The notes beneath the pieces were generated by a model, which searched no databases, was not told the origin of the DNA, and saw only the letters and a list, made by a program, of their open reading frames with translations. 64,000 bases of DNA from Octopus sinensis. Taxonomy: Eukaryota. Position numbers and translations under genes: made by a program. Location: NCBI RefSeq assembly GCF_006345805.1, contig NC_043014.1, forward strand, positions 25,172,001-25,236,000, given 5' to 3'. Below, one piece after another: positions 11,760 through 24,929 of the stretch (position 1 is its first letter; each line of letters opens with the position of its first letter).

Positions 11760-13900
11760 CTTTAGCCTAGATATAAGAGCTCTAAATTTCTCATTAGTTC
11801 ATCAAAGATGTTTTCTTTTCCCCAATTTTTGACAAATCCTTCACATTTGCTGGGCAGTTCACCTCAACAGCTGTGCATGATTTTTTCCTCTCTTGCAGAA
11901 AATATCAGGTTTGTTGGTGTTTACAGTGGGTCACTGACTTTATGGAAATGTTTTAAAGCAGTTCCTTATTTTTGAAAGGATGGGTACACTCTGATTCTGG
12001 TGTGCCTTTGATGTGGCCATCGGGACAATCTTTCCTGTGGATAGCATTGTAAATGGTTTTAGCAATAATGTCACCTCTCATGGGAAGGTAGTTACTTGAG
12101 AACATTTTTTGAACAGCTGTTGATGATGTGGATATCTTCCTCGTTCGCATCATACAGTCAACATTTCTATCATTAGTATGGCTATTTAAAGGCATCCTTA
12201 TCTCTCTTATTTTTAATGTATTTATTTAGTGACTATTTTCTGTTCTTAGACAGCAAAAGCATTTCCATGTAGGTGAAATGTCATGTATGTAGCACAGGTC
12301 CAAGAGAAGCCACTCTCAATGTTGTTGGTATTCTCTGTGATATGTACCCATACATAACTTTCTGCTGATATCATGAGTGTTTCTCCTCCAAGTTTCTGTT
12401 CAAATAGGTTAATCCAGCTTCCCTTGGCTCATATGGAACAGCTGTACACTCAGAATAGCTATTCAGAAGTTTGTCACCTAATCTCATGATGTTCTTATTT
12501 TCACTGTTGAGTACACATGTGATATTCTCATTTCTCCCTTTACTGTTGAGTGAAACAACACTGAAGTTAAAGGTTGACTATATGTGTCTGTATAGATACT
12601 GTCAGTGTCATTGTTGATGTGGAAATTATCAGTGGTGGTCAGAGTCTTTCTTGATTTGATGTTCAAGTTTCAAATCTCTTCAAGTGTCCTGCCTAGTACC
12701 AACATTTTGAATGCAAACTCATTGAATGCAAACAGCTCCGATTTCAAAGTCTACAGAACTATAATTTTATCACTGTCACTTTATTCACAGCCCCAACATA
12801 TATATGCATTACTCATGTCAATTCCGAGGTACATATAGCATTCATTATTGGAGAGGGGAGATAGACAAGCCATTGATATCCATATTACTTGCCTGAGCAA
12901 CCAATCTTTCCTCAACTAACTGCCAAGTATGAACTTACTTTCACTAAATTCTATTCATATGTCTCATGAAAATGTGACCAGGTGAAATGGTCTCTTACTA
13001 GAATCTCGCTGGAATACAGGTAAAGTCATCAACCAAAAAAGGTGTTGGTGACATGAATTTATCTCTCCTCTGCAGATCTTGTCATGTAGAATTTGCATTT
13101 TTTCAACAAAGCTGATAAGGTGTTCATTGTCAGAACAAAAAAGATTGCAGACAAGCTATTACTCTGAAATATCCCTCTTGGTAACTTAATTCACTAGCTG
13201 TATGGACCATGTTGTTGTCAGCTTCTTAATAGCATCATCTATAGCAGATGGAATCTTGGCAAAGTGTAGTGACTCTCTACATAAGTGAGAGACTGAGTCA
13301 AACACTTTATAATTTAGCCATACAATCTGTAAACTTCTCAAAGACCTTATTAATTAGAGCATTGTTGCTTCTTTCCCTTAAACTGTTGTTCGGCATAATC
13401 CAAAATTGTATTCTTTTCTCCTGTTTGCTCTTCATTCACCAAGCTGTGTGTTTTGCAGTGATTATGGAAGAAATATTCAAGCAACATGTTTTCAGCTTAT
13501 ATAAAGCATTTAAGCACTCATCAGACATGTAATTTTTGACCTCATATTTCTCATGCTTTTAGGCACAAGTGTAGTCTGTATAACTACCAAATAGTCAGTG
13601 AAACCAAATTCAGCTCTTATTGTTATTTTTAATGTATTGGTTAGGTTTTGCCTGTAGAAGCGTTCTGTAGCAATAAACAACTATAAGATCTTTTCCAGAT
13701 AGTTTTCTGTTTAATAGTTTTGTAACAACCATCAGAAGAGTTTCACTATTGATGTTATATGTTTACAGAGAGAATTTTCACAGTACTCGTTCTGTGGTTC
13801 ATTTTGCCGTATTACATTGCAGCCATGTTGTTTGTTTATATTCCAGATTCCTTTTCATACAATTGATACATATCTTGATTCAATTAAAAATTCCACTGGA
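11760..13900 (-). mobile_element. Highly decayed non-LTR retrotransposon with RT and restriction-like endonuclease (R4/Dong-like)
   Basis: Minus-strand remnants: RGIFQS.SLS..FFVL (~13180-13130), FLVDDF (~13040-13020), YMYLGID (~12835) and NTNKPDIF..CTAVEVNCPA (RLE PD..E motif, ~11925-11850). Confidence 0.65.
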
Positions 13901-14250
13901 AATTCTTTTGACATTTCTGAGACCAGCAACAGCTCACCCTAATTCTCAATACATGCTAAATTTCAGTTTGATTTAATTGCTTGATAACTACTATGATTTT
14001 AAAAAGGCACTACTGCTTTGCTTTTATCTAAAGTTTTTTTTAATATTATCATTTATTACTATTATTTTTACCAGGCTTGTATAATGACAAAAGTTTTAGG
14101 TGAAAGTATTCATTATATGGAAGAATGAAGTCTTCTTACGCTGACATGACTGAATATAAGGCATTGTCTGTCTGCATGCATGTATGTGTGGGTGTATATA
14201 TGTATATCTATATGTGTGTGTACGTGTGTGTATGTATATGTATATATATA

Positions 14251-14297
<47 letters not shown>

Positions 14298-14415
14298 CAC
14301 ACATATACACGTGTGTAAGTATATGTATGTGTGTGTGTGTATATATATATACATACACACACATATACACATGTGTGTAAGTATATGTATGTGTGTGTGT
14401 GTGTGTGTGTATGTG

Positions 14416-14448
<33 letters not shown>

Positions 14449-14653
14449 ATATATATATATACAAATTAGTAAATAAATGGCACAACTAAGTACCGATATT
14501 TACTGGAAATAGCGAACGTAAAAATACGACGCTAATGTGTAGCTTCACCGCGTATGTATTAGCAAAAATGCGTGTGTGCAACAAAATAGAGAAAAAAAAC
14601 CGTCTTACCTCCAGGGAGAACATCTGAAAGATGAAACACCCGGAAAAAGGATA

Positions 14654-14731
14654 ATGTGGTACCTGCAGGTTTCAGGTTTTGCAAGATATGTCTCTCACCC
14701 ATATTTTGCTTTACCTTCTTCAGCCAAACAT
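14654..14731 (-). ncRNA. Type I hammerhead ribozyme, intact core
   Basis: atgtttgg CTGAAGA aggt-aaa-gcaaaatatg-loop-catatcttgc-aaa-acct GAAA cctgcagg TA ccacat. Confidence 0.85.
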
Positions 14732-14829
14732 ATACCAAGACGAAATCTACGATGTTACCACATTAATACTAACACACTCGACTGAAATACGGAACGCTAA
14801 CAGTACGAGAAACGGTGAAGAAGTTTCAA

Positions 14830-14930
14830 AATATCAGTAATGCAATACAAAGTATTGCCTTCCAGTGTATTTTTCCCTCACGGGCTACTTTTTACTGGAA
14901 GGCAATACTTTGTATTGCATTACTGATATT
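14830..14930. repeat. Perfect 37-bp inverted repeat, 27-nt loop
   Basis: 14830-14866 is the exact reverse complement of 14894-14930. Confidence 0.95.
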
Positions 14931-14949
14931 ATATATATATATATATATA

Positions 14950-15027
<78 letters not shown>

Positions 15028-17189
15028 CATATATACACACATACACTCATACATGTGTGTGTGATTATATATTGATATATTGTGCAGGTAATGTGACTGG
15101 ACATGATCAATAGTCTTGTTGGGATGGGGATGTAGGCTATAAGAAGGGGAGAAAGAGAGAGGAGGACATGATGTAAGAAAAAAGGGATGGAAAATATGAT
15201 AAAGGGAAGAATGGAAGAAGAAAATAGTAAGAAGAATTATTTGAAAGACAGTCTAGGAAAAAGTATCAGATGAGAATGAAGATGATGAGAAGTGAAGGTA
15301 AAAAATTGGAAAAAACCCTGAAACAAATAATAAATGATGACATACTGTACAAAATGCAATGCAAAGAAAAAGACCAAAAGCAAACTAAAAACATAACAAA
15401 AACATGTAGAAAGAAGGGAAATAACAGAAAAGATATAAAAGATATAAAAAATGTTAAGGAAAGGGTGAAAGATGAGTGGTAAAGAAGAAAGGAAATACAC
15501 ACACACACACACACACACACATACACAGTGAAAGTTGAAGAAAGTAAGAAAAGTTGACACTAAATTAAATGGAATTTAACTGTCATGTCTGACTATTTAG
15601 AAAGAGATAAAACTCACCGGGGGGGGGGGGTTGTAGTTACATACAACAAGCAAATTAGTTTGTTATTCTTGCTTTGACAGCAGTAATAAGATGATAACCA
15701 CCAAACAGTGAAGGCAGACAACAGAGACAGACCAGATGCAGATGACAGGCAGTGATTGATATACCAGGAAAATGAATTCCAAAGTCAAGAAATCGGTGGA
15801 AATAGCTAATGGGGGAGAGGAAGAAAGGTAAGCTAAGCAAGAATATTTTACCATCATATCATTCTTTACATTTGTGTTTGAATCTCGCCAAAGTTAACTT
15901 TGCCTTCCTTCATTTTCGGTAAAGTAAAGTGCCAGTCAAGTACTGGAGTCATAATGAACTATATTCTCACAAGTTTTTGGTTTATGTTTATCATAGAAAC
16001 AATTATTACTTTGCAGTTAAATCTCTGCCAAGGTCTTCTGAGGTGGAGTAGGGTTGAGAAATTACTGTGAAAATTCAGGCTCTGGACAGATACCTTCACC
16101 ATCTAAAGGTATGGCTTAGTGCCTAGCTCAAGTATTAATCAATGTTGTCATTGTTGTTGTTCAGTCCCACAGTTTCACAATTTGGAGGAGCCTTAAAATA
16201 ATGAAAAGCATGTTTTCAATTTTTGTGAAATCTTCTTTTAACAAGAGTTCTCCAAGCATTATATAGCGTATGGTCCCACCAAGTCTAAATCAGGCACTAT
16301 TTAGCCCTGCAAGTCAGCTCTGATCCAGAAGATTCTGCATATTGTGTCCACATTATTTTTTTCCCCCAAAACATACTAAATTCAGGACGACATTATTCAG
16401 AAAATCCTTCCCAACAGAAATTTAACAGCGATTATCAATCCCTTACCCAGCAAAGATGAGTTAACTTGTCTTCATCCAATTTGTCTTTTTCAGAGTGCGA
16501 CGAGTAAACTTGTCCAAAACACATAATTTCAAAAACAGTGACAGACAAGTTTATACGTCAATTCTTGGCGTTTTCCTTTTTTTTTTATACAAATTATGCC
16601 CAGATGTCGAGCTCAGAAGATGACATCAGATGAGAGTGCAAGCTCGTCTGATAATGGCTCAAACCAGCCAGGAAGGAGTCACAATATATGTGTAAACTCT
16701 GTTATGTACCTTTATGTGTAGTACCATGCTTTGAAAAATAACATGCCAAATAACTATTCATAAAATGCCAGAGAAAGTAAGATGTATGGGAAGATGGGGT
16801 AAAATAAAAGATAAAATAAGTACATTATTTTATATGCATTTACTTCTGGTTATGAAAATTGAAAATAAAAATATATAAAAAGATTTATGAGAAGACATGC
16901 TAAAAAAAAGAGTAAAATAAATGTGTAATTCCCCTTTGCTTTTGAAAAAAAAAGCAATAAATAAAAAACTATTTAAAAAATTATGGGAAGACGAGTTATC
17001 TCGTTTTTGTTGTAAATGGTATCTTCAAAATAAAATTTTAAGTAAAGTATTGGAAATAGATAAAAACAAAAGTTATTTCCATAGCGGCATTAAAAATACT
17101 AATAAAAAAAAAGTAATAAAAACATTCATCTGAAAATGAAACAGTTTCTTCAAAAAAGTCACTGGAGAAGGGGTTAAACACATCAAAAG

Positions 17190-17520
17190 TTTTGGGCAAG
17201 TGTCTTCTTCTATAGCCTCAGGCCAACCAATGCCTTGTGAGTAGATTTGGTAGACAGAAACTGAAAGAAGTCCATCGTGTATATATATATATACATGTAT
17301 ATATTTATGTGTATCATAACCAGACATTTATTTTACTCTTTTTTTTAGCATGTCTTCTCATAAATCTTTTTATATATTTTTATTTTCAATTTTCATAACC
17401 AGAAGTAAATGCATATAAAATACTGTACTTATTTTATCTTTTATTTGGTGTTGGTGTTTGTCCCCCCACCATCACTTGACAACCAATGTTGGTGTGTTTA
17501 CATCTCCATAACTTAGCATA
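17190..17520 (+). mobile_element. SINE body fragment interrupted by an inverted local duplication
   Basis: ttgggcaagtgtcttc...ccttgtgagtagatttggtagac...aactgaaagaag, then (TA)n, then gtttgtcccccc..cttgacaacc. This is a SINE-type body recognised by pattern only. Confidence 0.55.
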
Positions 17521-17569
17521 TTGATAGAAATGGCAAAACAACAAAAGAATGAAGGAGACCTCGATATTA

Positions 17570-19862
17570 TATAAATAGAAGAATTTATCTGTAAACATAA
17601 TATGTGACAATTATTCGGTAGCCATGATAAAACTCCAAGTTTTGGATGTCGGGGTGGAAACTCATGCCAGCATCTCTTCAGTTAGTGGACCATTGACAAA
17701 ATGCTATGAAAATGACCATTAAACAAAGGGAAATTACTGTGTGATTGACTGTTATTAAGACAAAAGAGCTATTAGAATGACCGCTAAGTAAGGGGAGATA
17801 GTAAAGGTAAGGGGGTAAAAATGTTCATAGTAATCGTTTAATGTGCATGTCCATACATACACATGTGCGCCTGGTGCTTTCGATGCGAGCAGGGGGTCAT
17901 ATGTTGGATCAGCATATGCGATCTTATTGGACTATTCCTACTCAATACGTTGGGAAAGACTTTTCCCAACATATACTTTGCCATTTACAAAGATGATGCC
18001 CTAGCTTTAACCGCAAATACCAAAGGGCCAGCACAGGATCAGTTTATTAAGGAAATTATCCATTTGATGAAAACTTTCAGTCTTAGCATAACTACAGACA
18101 CCAACCTGATGGTTGTTAATTTCCTAGTTGTATCCTTAGATCTAAATAAGAATATTTATAAACCTTATAGGAAGCCCAACAATAGACTTAGTTATATTAA
18201 TGTGGGCTCCTGCCATTTCTAACGTCTCTTCCAATAGGGACATTTTTAATAACGTTGCCCCTGTATATAATAAGGCTCTAGAAGATAGTGGATTTAGCAA
18301 GGAGATTGCCTATACACCTGCCACCAGTCCAATAATAAAGAAAAGGAAACATAGGAATAGGAAAACTATCTGGTTCACTCACCCGAGGCGACCTTCATTA
18401 TAGGCAAGTATTTCTTAGCACTGATAGATAGACATTTTCCAGTCCATCATACTTACAGAAAGCTCTTTAATACACATAACTTAAAAATCAGTTTCAGCTC
18501 ATTTACTAATTTTACAAATATAATCACACTCAACACACAAAAACCACAATATGAAATCAGTTGTTCATGCAGGGATAAAAATTTGTGCCTGCTAAATGGA
18601 GCATGCATGTCCGAGACCATCATTTATGAAACCACAGTGGACTCTATATCCACTAACGACACGGTTTCGATGAAGAAATACACGGGCCTTACAGAGGGTA
18701 ATTTCAAGGCCAGGTTCAATAATCACACCTTGAGCTTCAGGCACTGGGAAAAAAGGAAAATGACCAAATTATCCAGTCATATATGGTACTTAAAAGATAA
18801 AGGTGTCAATTACAATATCCATTGGAAGATCTTAACCAAGTGTAAGCCCTACACCAACGGCAGTGGAAAATGCGGTCTTTGTGATATGTAAAGATGGCTC
18901 ATCTGGAAAAGCAGCTTAGACCCCACCACATGTCTAAATTCAAGAACTGAACTTTTCGGATCATGTCTAAATATTTGTTACATTTTTGGTCCTCCTGAGA
19001 TCACAGATAGGACTTGCTTTCTATATTGTGTCCACATACAAGCTTTTTATCTCTCTGTACTTTTTACTTATATTTCTTATATATTTTATATATATATTTT
19101 TTTACATATTTATTGAGATTGTTTCATAGTTTTATTGCTCATATATTTTTTACACATAATTTTTCTGTATTCTACCTTTACACATTTTTCTGTATTATGC
19201 CTTTAGCCCTGTTTTTTCTTGTTCATGTGCGTATATAGATATGTGTATGAACTTTTTTGTGTGCGTGTGCGTATATAGACGTGTGCAGGTATGTGCATGT
19301 ATTTGGTGTGTGTGTGTGTACATGCGAGTACGTGCATATATAGACATGTTTTACTCTTATTGCTTATTTTTTACAGATTTTTCTGTATTTTGCCTTTAGC
19401 CCTGTTTTTTCTTGTGCATGTGCGTTTATAGACGTGTGTATGAACCATTTTTGTGTGCGCATGTGTGTGTGTGTGTGCGAGAGCAGGTTTGCAGTTATGT
19501 ATATATATTTTTTGGCGAATGTGTGGGTGAGCATGTGTGTGTTTCAAGAGGGTGGATGAGTATATACATATAGGCACATGTACGTGAGTGTCCTGGCACG
19601 CATGTGTATGTATGGACATGCATACTTACGCGATTACTATGAGCATTTTTACTCCCTCCCCTTACTAATATTCTAATAGCTCTTTTGTCTTAATAACGGT
19701 CAATCACAAAGTAATTTCCCTTCGTTTAACGGTCGTTTTCATAGCATTTCTTTCGATGACCTGATAACTGAAGAGATGGCGGGTGTGGGTTTCCGCTCCA
19801 ACATCCGAAAAATTGGAGTTTTTTCATGGCTATCGAATAATTGTCATATATTATATTTACAG

Positions 19863-19865
<3 letters not shown>
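17570..19865 (+). mobile_element. 5'-truncated Penelope-like element with inverted pseudo-LTR
   Basis: RT remnant (IYKDDAL, VNFL..SLDL, YKPYRKPNN..YIN) at 17900-18220 and GIY-YIG ORF 18583..18891 (IIYE..KYTGLTE..FKARF.NH..SF, CGLC). ~17570-17865 is an inverted copy of ~19600-19865. Confidence 0.9.
19763..19826 (+). ncRNA. Hammerhead-like motif in pLTR (inverted sister at ~17626-17685)
   Basis: gataa CTGAAGA gatg...catcc GAAA aattggagt. The sister copy reads ..caaaacttggagt t ttatc. Together they imply stem I gataa/ttatc. Confidence 0.6.
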
Positions 19866-19894
<29 letters not shown>

Positions 19895-19896
19895 GC

Positions 19897-20040
19897 AACT
19901 GTGTACATTCGTGGAAATTAGCTGCCCAGCAGATGTTAACATAAAGCTGAAGATCAGTGAAAATGACAATGCCTACACTAAACTATTTGAGAAATCTGTG
20001 GTTGCTCTATCCAGGTTACAAGTTCAGTTTTATATCTGTC
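19897..20040 (+). mobile_element. RLE-domain fragment of R4/Dong-like LINE
   Basis: CTFVEISCPADVNIKLKISE, similar to CTAVEVNCPANV at ~11.85 kb. Confidence 0.6.
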
Positions 20041-20311
20041 TCTTCACATTGCGTCAATTAATGAAAGAGAAAGGGGTGAATACACCCACTAAAACACTAA
20101 CAATAGCATGTCACACACACATACTACATTAACTTCCATTTATTTTTTGTAAACAACGGAAGCTATGTTGAATGAGAACCATCTCCTGTCCCTTAAAATT
20201 TGAGGACACTTTATATCTGAGTCTAAGGACCTTTCATGCCAAGTTTGAACATGATTGGTTAACTGGTTTTTGTGTGCATTGGTAACACACAGGCAAACAA
20301 ACAAGCAATTT

Positions 20312-20353
<42 letters not shown>

Positions 20354-20471
20354 GAAAATATATTTTAAAAATAGTAATTTTCTAATTTATAAATCAGTAA
20401 CTAGTTGTCACTTTGAAAACTATATATTTTGAACGGGAATTTGGCAGTGCCACCTCTAGATGAGCAATTAT

Positions 20472-20516
20472 TCTGTGCTGATGAAGAGAAATAACCCAGA
20501 AATTGCGATACACAGA
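20472..20516 (+). ncRNA. Minimal type I hammerhead (copy 1; copy 2 at 21164-21208)
   Basis: TCTGTG CTGATGA agagaaataaccca GAAA ttgcga TA CACAGA. Stem I is a perfect 6 bp and the core is intact, but stem II is poorly paired. Confidence 0.7.
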
Positions 20517-20700
20517 TATTGTTTTGAGCTGAGTGGAGATGCTAGATTCCCTTGTTTGAAAATATAAGGACACAGATTGTGTCGTATAGCCAGCTGGAGA
20601 CGATGTCTCCTGGGGCTAAATTACAGCAACATTAGTTCTAAAGCAGGCCTGCGATGTTATGTTAGCAAACAATCTTTACTATTTATATGTGTGTGTGTGT

Positions 20701-20985
20701 GGAGGTGCAATGGCCCAGTGGTTAGGGCAGCGGAGTCGCAGTCATAAGATCGCGGTTTCAATTCCCAGACCGGGCGTTGTGAGTGTTTATTGAGCGAAAA
20801 CACCTAAAAGCTCCACGAGGCTCCAGCAGGGGGTGGTGACTCCTGCTGTACTCTTTCACCACTCTTTCTCTCTTTCTTCTGTTGGCCTGCTCGCTTAGCC
20901 AGCGGAGTGGCGTCATTCGAAGGCTAAAACAATGCGAACATCTGATGCAACATCTGATGGTCTGGTCAGTCACATGATCACGTGA
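20701..20985 (+). mobile_element. tRNA-derived SINE (second copy 21392-21676)
   Basis: Box A tggcccagtgg, box B ggtttcaattcc. The body matches the SINE at 38498. Confidence 0.85.
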
Positions 20986-20992
20986 TATATAT

Positions 20993-21034
<42 letters not shown>

Positions 21035-21669
21035 ATATATATTTAGAAAATATATTTTAAAAATAGTAATTTTCTAATTTATAAATCAGTAACTAGTTGT
21101 CACTTTGAAAACTATATATTTTGAACGGGAATTTGGCAGTGCCACCTCTAGATGAGCAATTATTCTGTGCTGATGAAGAGAAATAACCCAGAAATTGCGA
21201 TACACAGATATTGTTTTGAGCTGAGTGGAGATGCTAGATTCCCTTGTTTGAAAATATAAGGACACAGATTGTGTCGTATAGCCAGCTGGAGACGATGTCT
21301 CCTGGGGCTAAATTACAGCAACATTAGTTCTAAAGCAGGCCTGCGATGTTATGTTAGCAAACAATCTTTACTATTATATGTGTGTGTGTGTGGAGGTGCA
21401 ATGGCCCAGTGGTTAGGGCAGCGGAGTCGCAGTCATAAGATCGCGGTTTCAATTCCCAGACCGGGCGTTGTGAGTGTTTATTGAGCGAAAACACCTAAAA
21501 GCTCCACGAGGCTCCAGCAGGGGGTGGTGACTCCTGCTGTACTCTTTCACCACTCTTTCTCTCTTTCTTCTGTTGGCCTGCTCGCTTAGCCAGCGGAGTG
21601 GCGTCATTCGAAGGCTAAAACAATGCGAACATCTGATGCAACATCTGATGGTCTGGTCAGTCACATGAT

Positions 21670-21734
<65 letters not shown>

Positions 21735-21799
21735 CCCTGTTTACTTCCTGACACTTCTAAAGCTGGTATGCTGCAAAGATCACGTTGACTGTTCCATGG

Positions 21800-22175
21800 C
21801 CCTTTCTGAACCCACATTGTTTCTCTGGTAGATGCCGTCTTTCAAGCGTTGAGTGAGGTAGTTAAGGAGAACTCAGCGCGCAACTTGTTGGCAGACTACT
21901 GCGCACTTACCACCACCACAGAGGCTCAGATGCAGCAGAGCATGAATTGCTTTTCCACTGCCTGCAACAACTTTGGCCTGACAATTGGTACTCAGAATTC
22001 AGAGGTCATGCACCAATTTACCCCATGAAAGCAGTATGTAGAGCCAGCTATCATTGTTGAAGGGGAAACCATGAAGGTTGTTTAGTTTATATATGATGGC
22101 ACACTCTCCAGATCTGTGAACATTGATGACAAAGTTGACACACACATTGCAAAGGAAAGTTCAGCATTCGGTATG
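21800..22175 (+). mobile_element. Old RTE (BovB-like) RT fragment
   Basis: TEAQMQQSMNCFSTACNNFGLTI..SEVMHQ and GTLSRSVNIDDKVDTHIAKESSAFG. Confidence 0.7.
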
Positions 22176-22699
22176 AATCAGTATGAAAAACAAAAAAGAT
22201 TTCGCTATTGTTTTTAAATTATGTTTCATCTTCTGTTTGAAAATAAAGGAAGTGGGGATTGTGATGGTGATGGCTGATCTCCAGACCTTTTTCTTTTCAA
22301 CCTTCATGGCTTCTCCCATCGTTTTGAAGTGTGAAGTGCAAAAGAACCCTCCCAAAATGGACCAAATCGGTACTGAGTGGGGGAGGAGAGTTTGAAAATA
22401 TAAATTTTCAATTTTGTTTTTACTGAAAAAGCATCTCCTATTGTTCTTAGTGCAAAAAAGAATTTGGACAACATCAGTCCAGATGATGTGGGGAGAGGTG
22501 ATTTATGAATTTTCAAAAACTTTTTCCATAAAATGTTTCCCCCAGCTTCAAAGATGTAGTGAAAGTAAAACTTGAAAATCCCCATCAAAATGGAGAAATC
22601 CAACTTATGTGCTGTTCCAAAAGACTGCCAAGGCAATGTAGTGTGAAAATTTCCTGATAACAACAGAATACACAGCTAATAATTACACACACACACACA

Positions 22700-24770
22700 T
22701 ATGGAAGTGTCACTATGAAAGGCTGCTAAATGTAGAGAACTCATGGGAGAAGGAGAGTCTGCCTAATATGGATCCAACAAAGGGACCAGCAATTTGAATA
22801 GACAGTAGCATGGTAGATAAAGCCATGAAGGATTTGAAGAACAGGAAAGCCTTGGGCCCATCAGGGATCACTACTGAGATGCTTAAAAAATCTGGCGTTG
22901 TGGACTATGGTCTAGTTACCCGTATAGTTAATCAGGTTGTACACGAGGGAATCATACTCAATGACTGGTGTAGCAGCATCATAGTCAACTGCTACAAAGG
23001 TAAAGGTAACGCCTTAGACAAAAATTATTACAATGGTGTCAAATTGTTGGATCAGGTAATGAAAGTTATGGATAGGGTCACAACCCAATTAGGAAGAGAG
23101 TTAGTCTATATGAGATGCTGTTTAGTTTTGTTACAGGGAGAAGCACCACTGATGCTATATTTCTGTTAACACAGCTGCAGAAGAAGTAGCCAAAAATAAA
23201 CCTCTGTACTTGACTTTCGTTGACATGGAGAAATCCTTTCACAGGGTACCCCACTCCCTTATCTGATGGTCAATGTGGAAACTAGGGATTGATGAGTAGT
23301 TGGTGAGAGCTGCACAAGCCATGTACAGGAATGCTGTCAGTAAGGTGAGGATTGGCAAGCGATGAATTCAGGGTGCAAGTAGGGGTTCACCAAGGATCAA
23401 TCCTCAGCTCCCTCTTGTTCATCATAGTCCTCCAGGCAATACCAGAGGAATTTAAGAGGGCTGCCCCTGGGAGCTCCTTTATGTTGATGACCTTGTTCTC
23501 ATAGATAAATCACTTCTAGAATTAGAGAAGGTATTTCAGGTGTGGAAGCAAAGTCCAGAATCGAAGGGCCTTATAGTTAATCTAGCAAAAACCAAAATCT
23601 TAGTAAGTAGGAAAGCAGACAAATCTCAAGTCCCTTCAGGTAGATGGCCCTGCTCAATTTGTAGAGAAGGTGTAGGTAGAAACCTCTCACTCTGGTGTAA
23701 GCTATGGACCCATAAGAGGTGCAGCAATATCAGGGGAAGATTAACACGGAAAATAGTTTTTGTATGTGGAAGGTGCATAAGTACAATAATCACTAAAAAT
23801 GTATAGAAAATAGACTCCAGCCAATGCCAGAGAGGAAAGTTAGGAGTAGTTGATAGCTTCTATTATCTAGGTGACCAAGTCAGTAGTGGAGGTGGATGCT
23901 CCAGGAGTGTAGCTCCTAGAATAAGAACAGGTTGAGCAAAGTTCAAAGCAACAAAGGGCCTCTCCTTCAGAGTGAAAGGCAGACTGTATGATGCCTATTT
24001 GTGAACAGCCATGCTACACAGCAGTGAAGCATGGGCTGTGACTGCCAAGGACATGTGTAGGCCTGAAAGAAATGAGGCTTACACTGGATATGCAATGTCA
24101 GTGTGCATGTACAACAGAGTGTAAGTATCTTCAGGGAAAAACTGGGCATAAGAGGCTTCAGATATGGTGTGCAAGAGAGATGACTGCACTGGTATAAGCA
24201 TGCTGTGTAAGAAATTGCTGATTTCTAACTGTGGAAGCAACATGTGGGAGAGGTAAACCCAGGAAGATATAGTATGAGGTTGTGAAGCATGATCTTCAAA
24301 TGTTGGGTTTCAAGGAGATAATGACAGTGACTGAGATCTTTGGCGATATGCCATGCTTGAGAAGACCTGTCAAGCCAAGTGAAATCATAGTCAGGCCCAA
24401 TGCCAGTGACACGTAACAGATACCTGTGCCTGTGGGTTGTAAAAAGCACCCTTTGATTATGGGGCCTCATGGAAGTAATAAGTGACTAAGACCTTTTGTG
24501 ATATGGTGTGTTTGAAAAGATTTGTCAAGCCAAGTGAAAGCATAGTTGTGCCTGATGTCGGCGTCATGTAACTGGCATTCGTGCTAGTGGCATGCAAACA
24601 GTACCCTTTATACTATTGGAGTGGTTGGTGTTAGGAAGAACATTGAAGTGTAGAAACCATACCAAATCAGACTGGATCTTAGTGCAGCTCTCCAGCTTAC
24701 TAGTTTCAGTCAAGCCATCTAACACATGCCAGTATGGAAAGCAGGTGCTAAATGATGATGAAGATGATTG
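22700..24770 (+). mobile_element. RTE-clade LINE, 5'-truncated, decayed
   Basis: KALGPSGITTEMLK, GVHQGS, LLYVDDL, PHD-like WPCSIC..CKLWTHKRC, then 3' UTR ending in (GAT)n. Confidence 0.9.
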
Positions 24771-24801
<31 letters not shown>

Positions 24802-24888
24802 TCATCATCATCTTCATCGTTTAACGTCTGTTTTCCATGCTAGCATGGGTTGGACGATTTTGACTGAGGGCATTATTTATGGGATAAC

Positions 24889-24929
<41 letters not shown>

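Larger units (their letters stand above)
20350..21676 (+). repeat. Near-identical tandem duplication, ~692-bp period, (TA)n junctions
   Basis: 20350-20985 matches 21042-21676 apart from small differences around the (GT)n tract. Confidence 0.95.

Noticed and set aside
20701-20775. tRNA gene candidates (also 21392, 30030, 38498)
   Set aside because: No proper acceptor stem, and they run on into repeat bodies. These are SINE heads.
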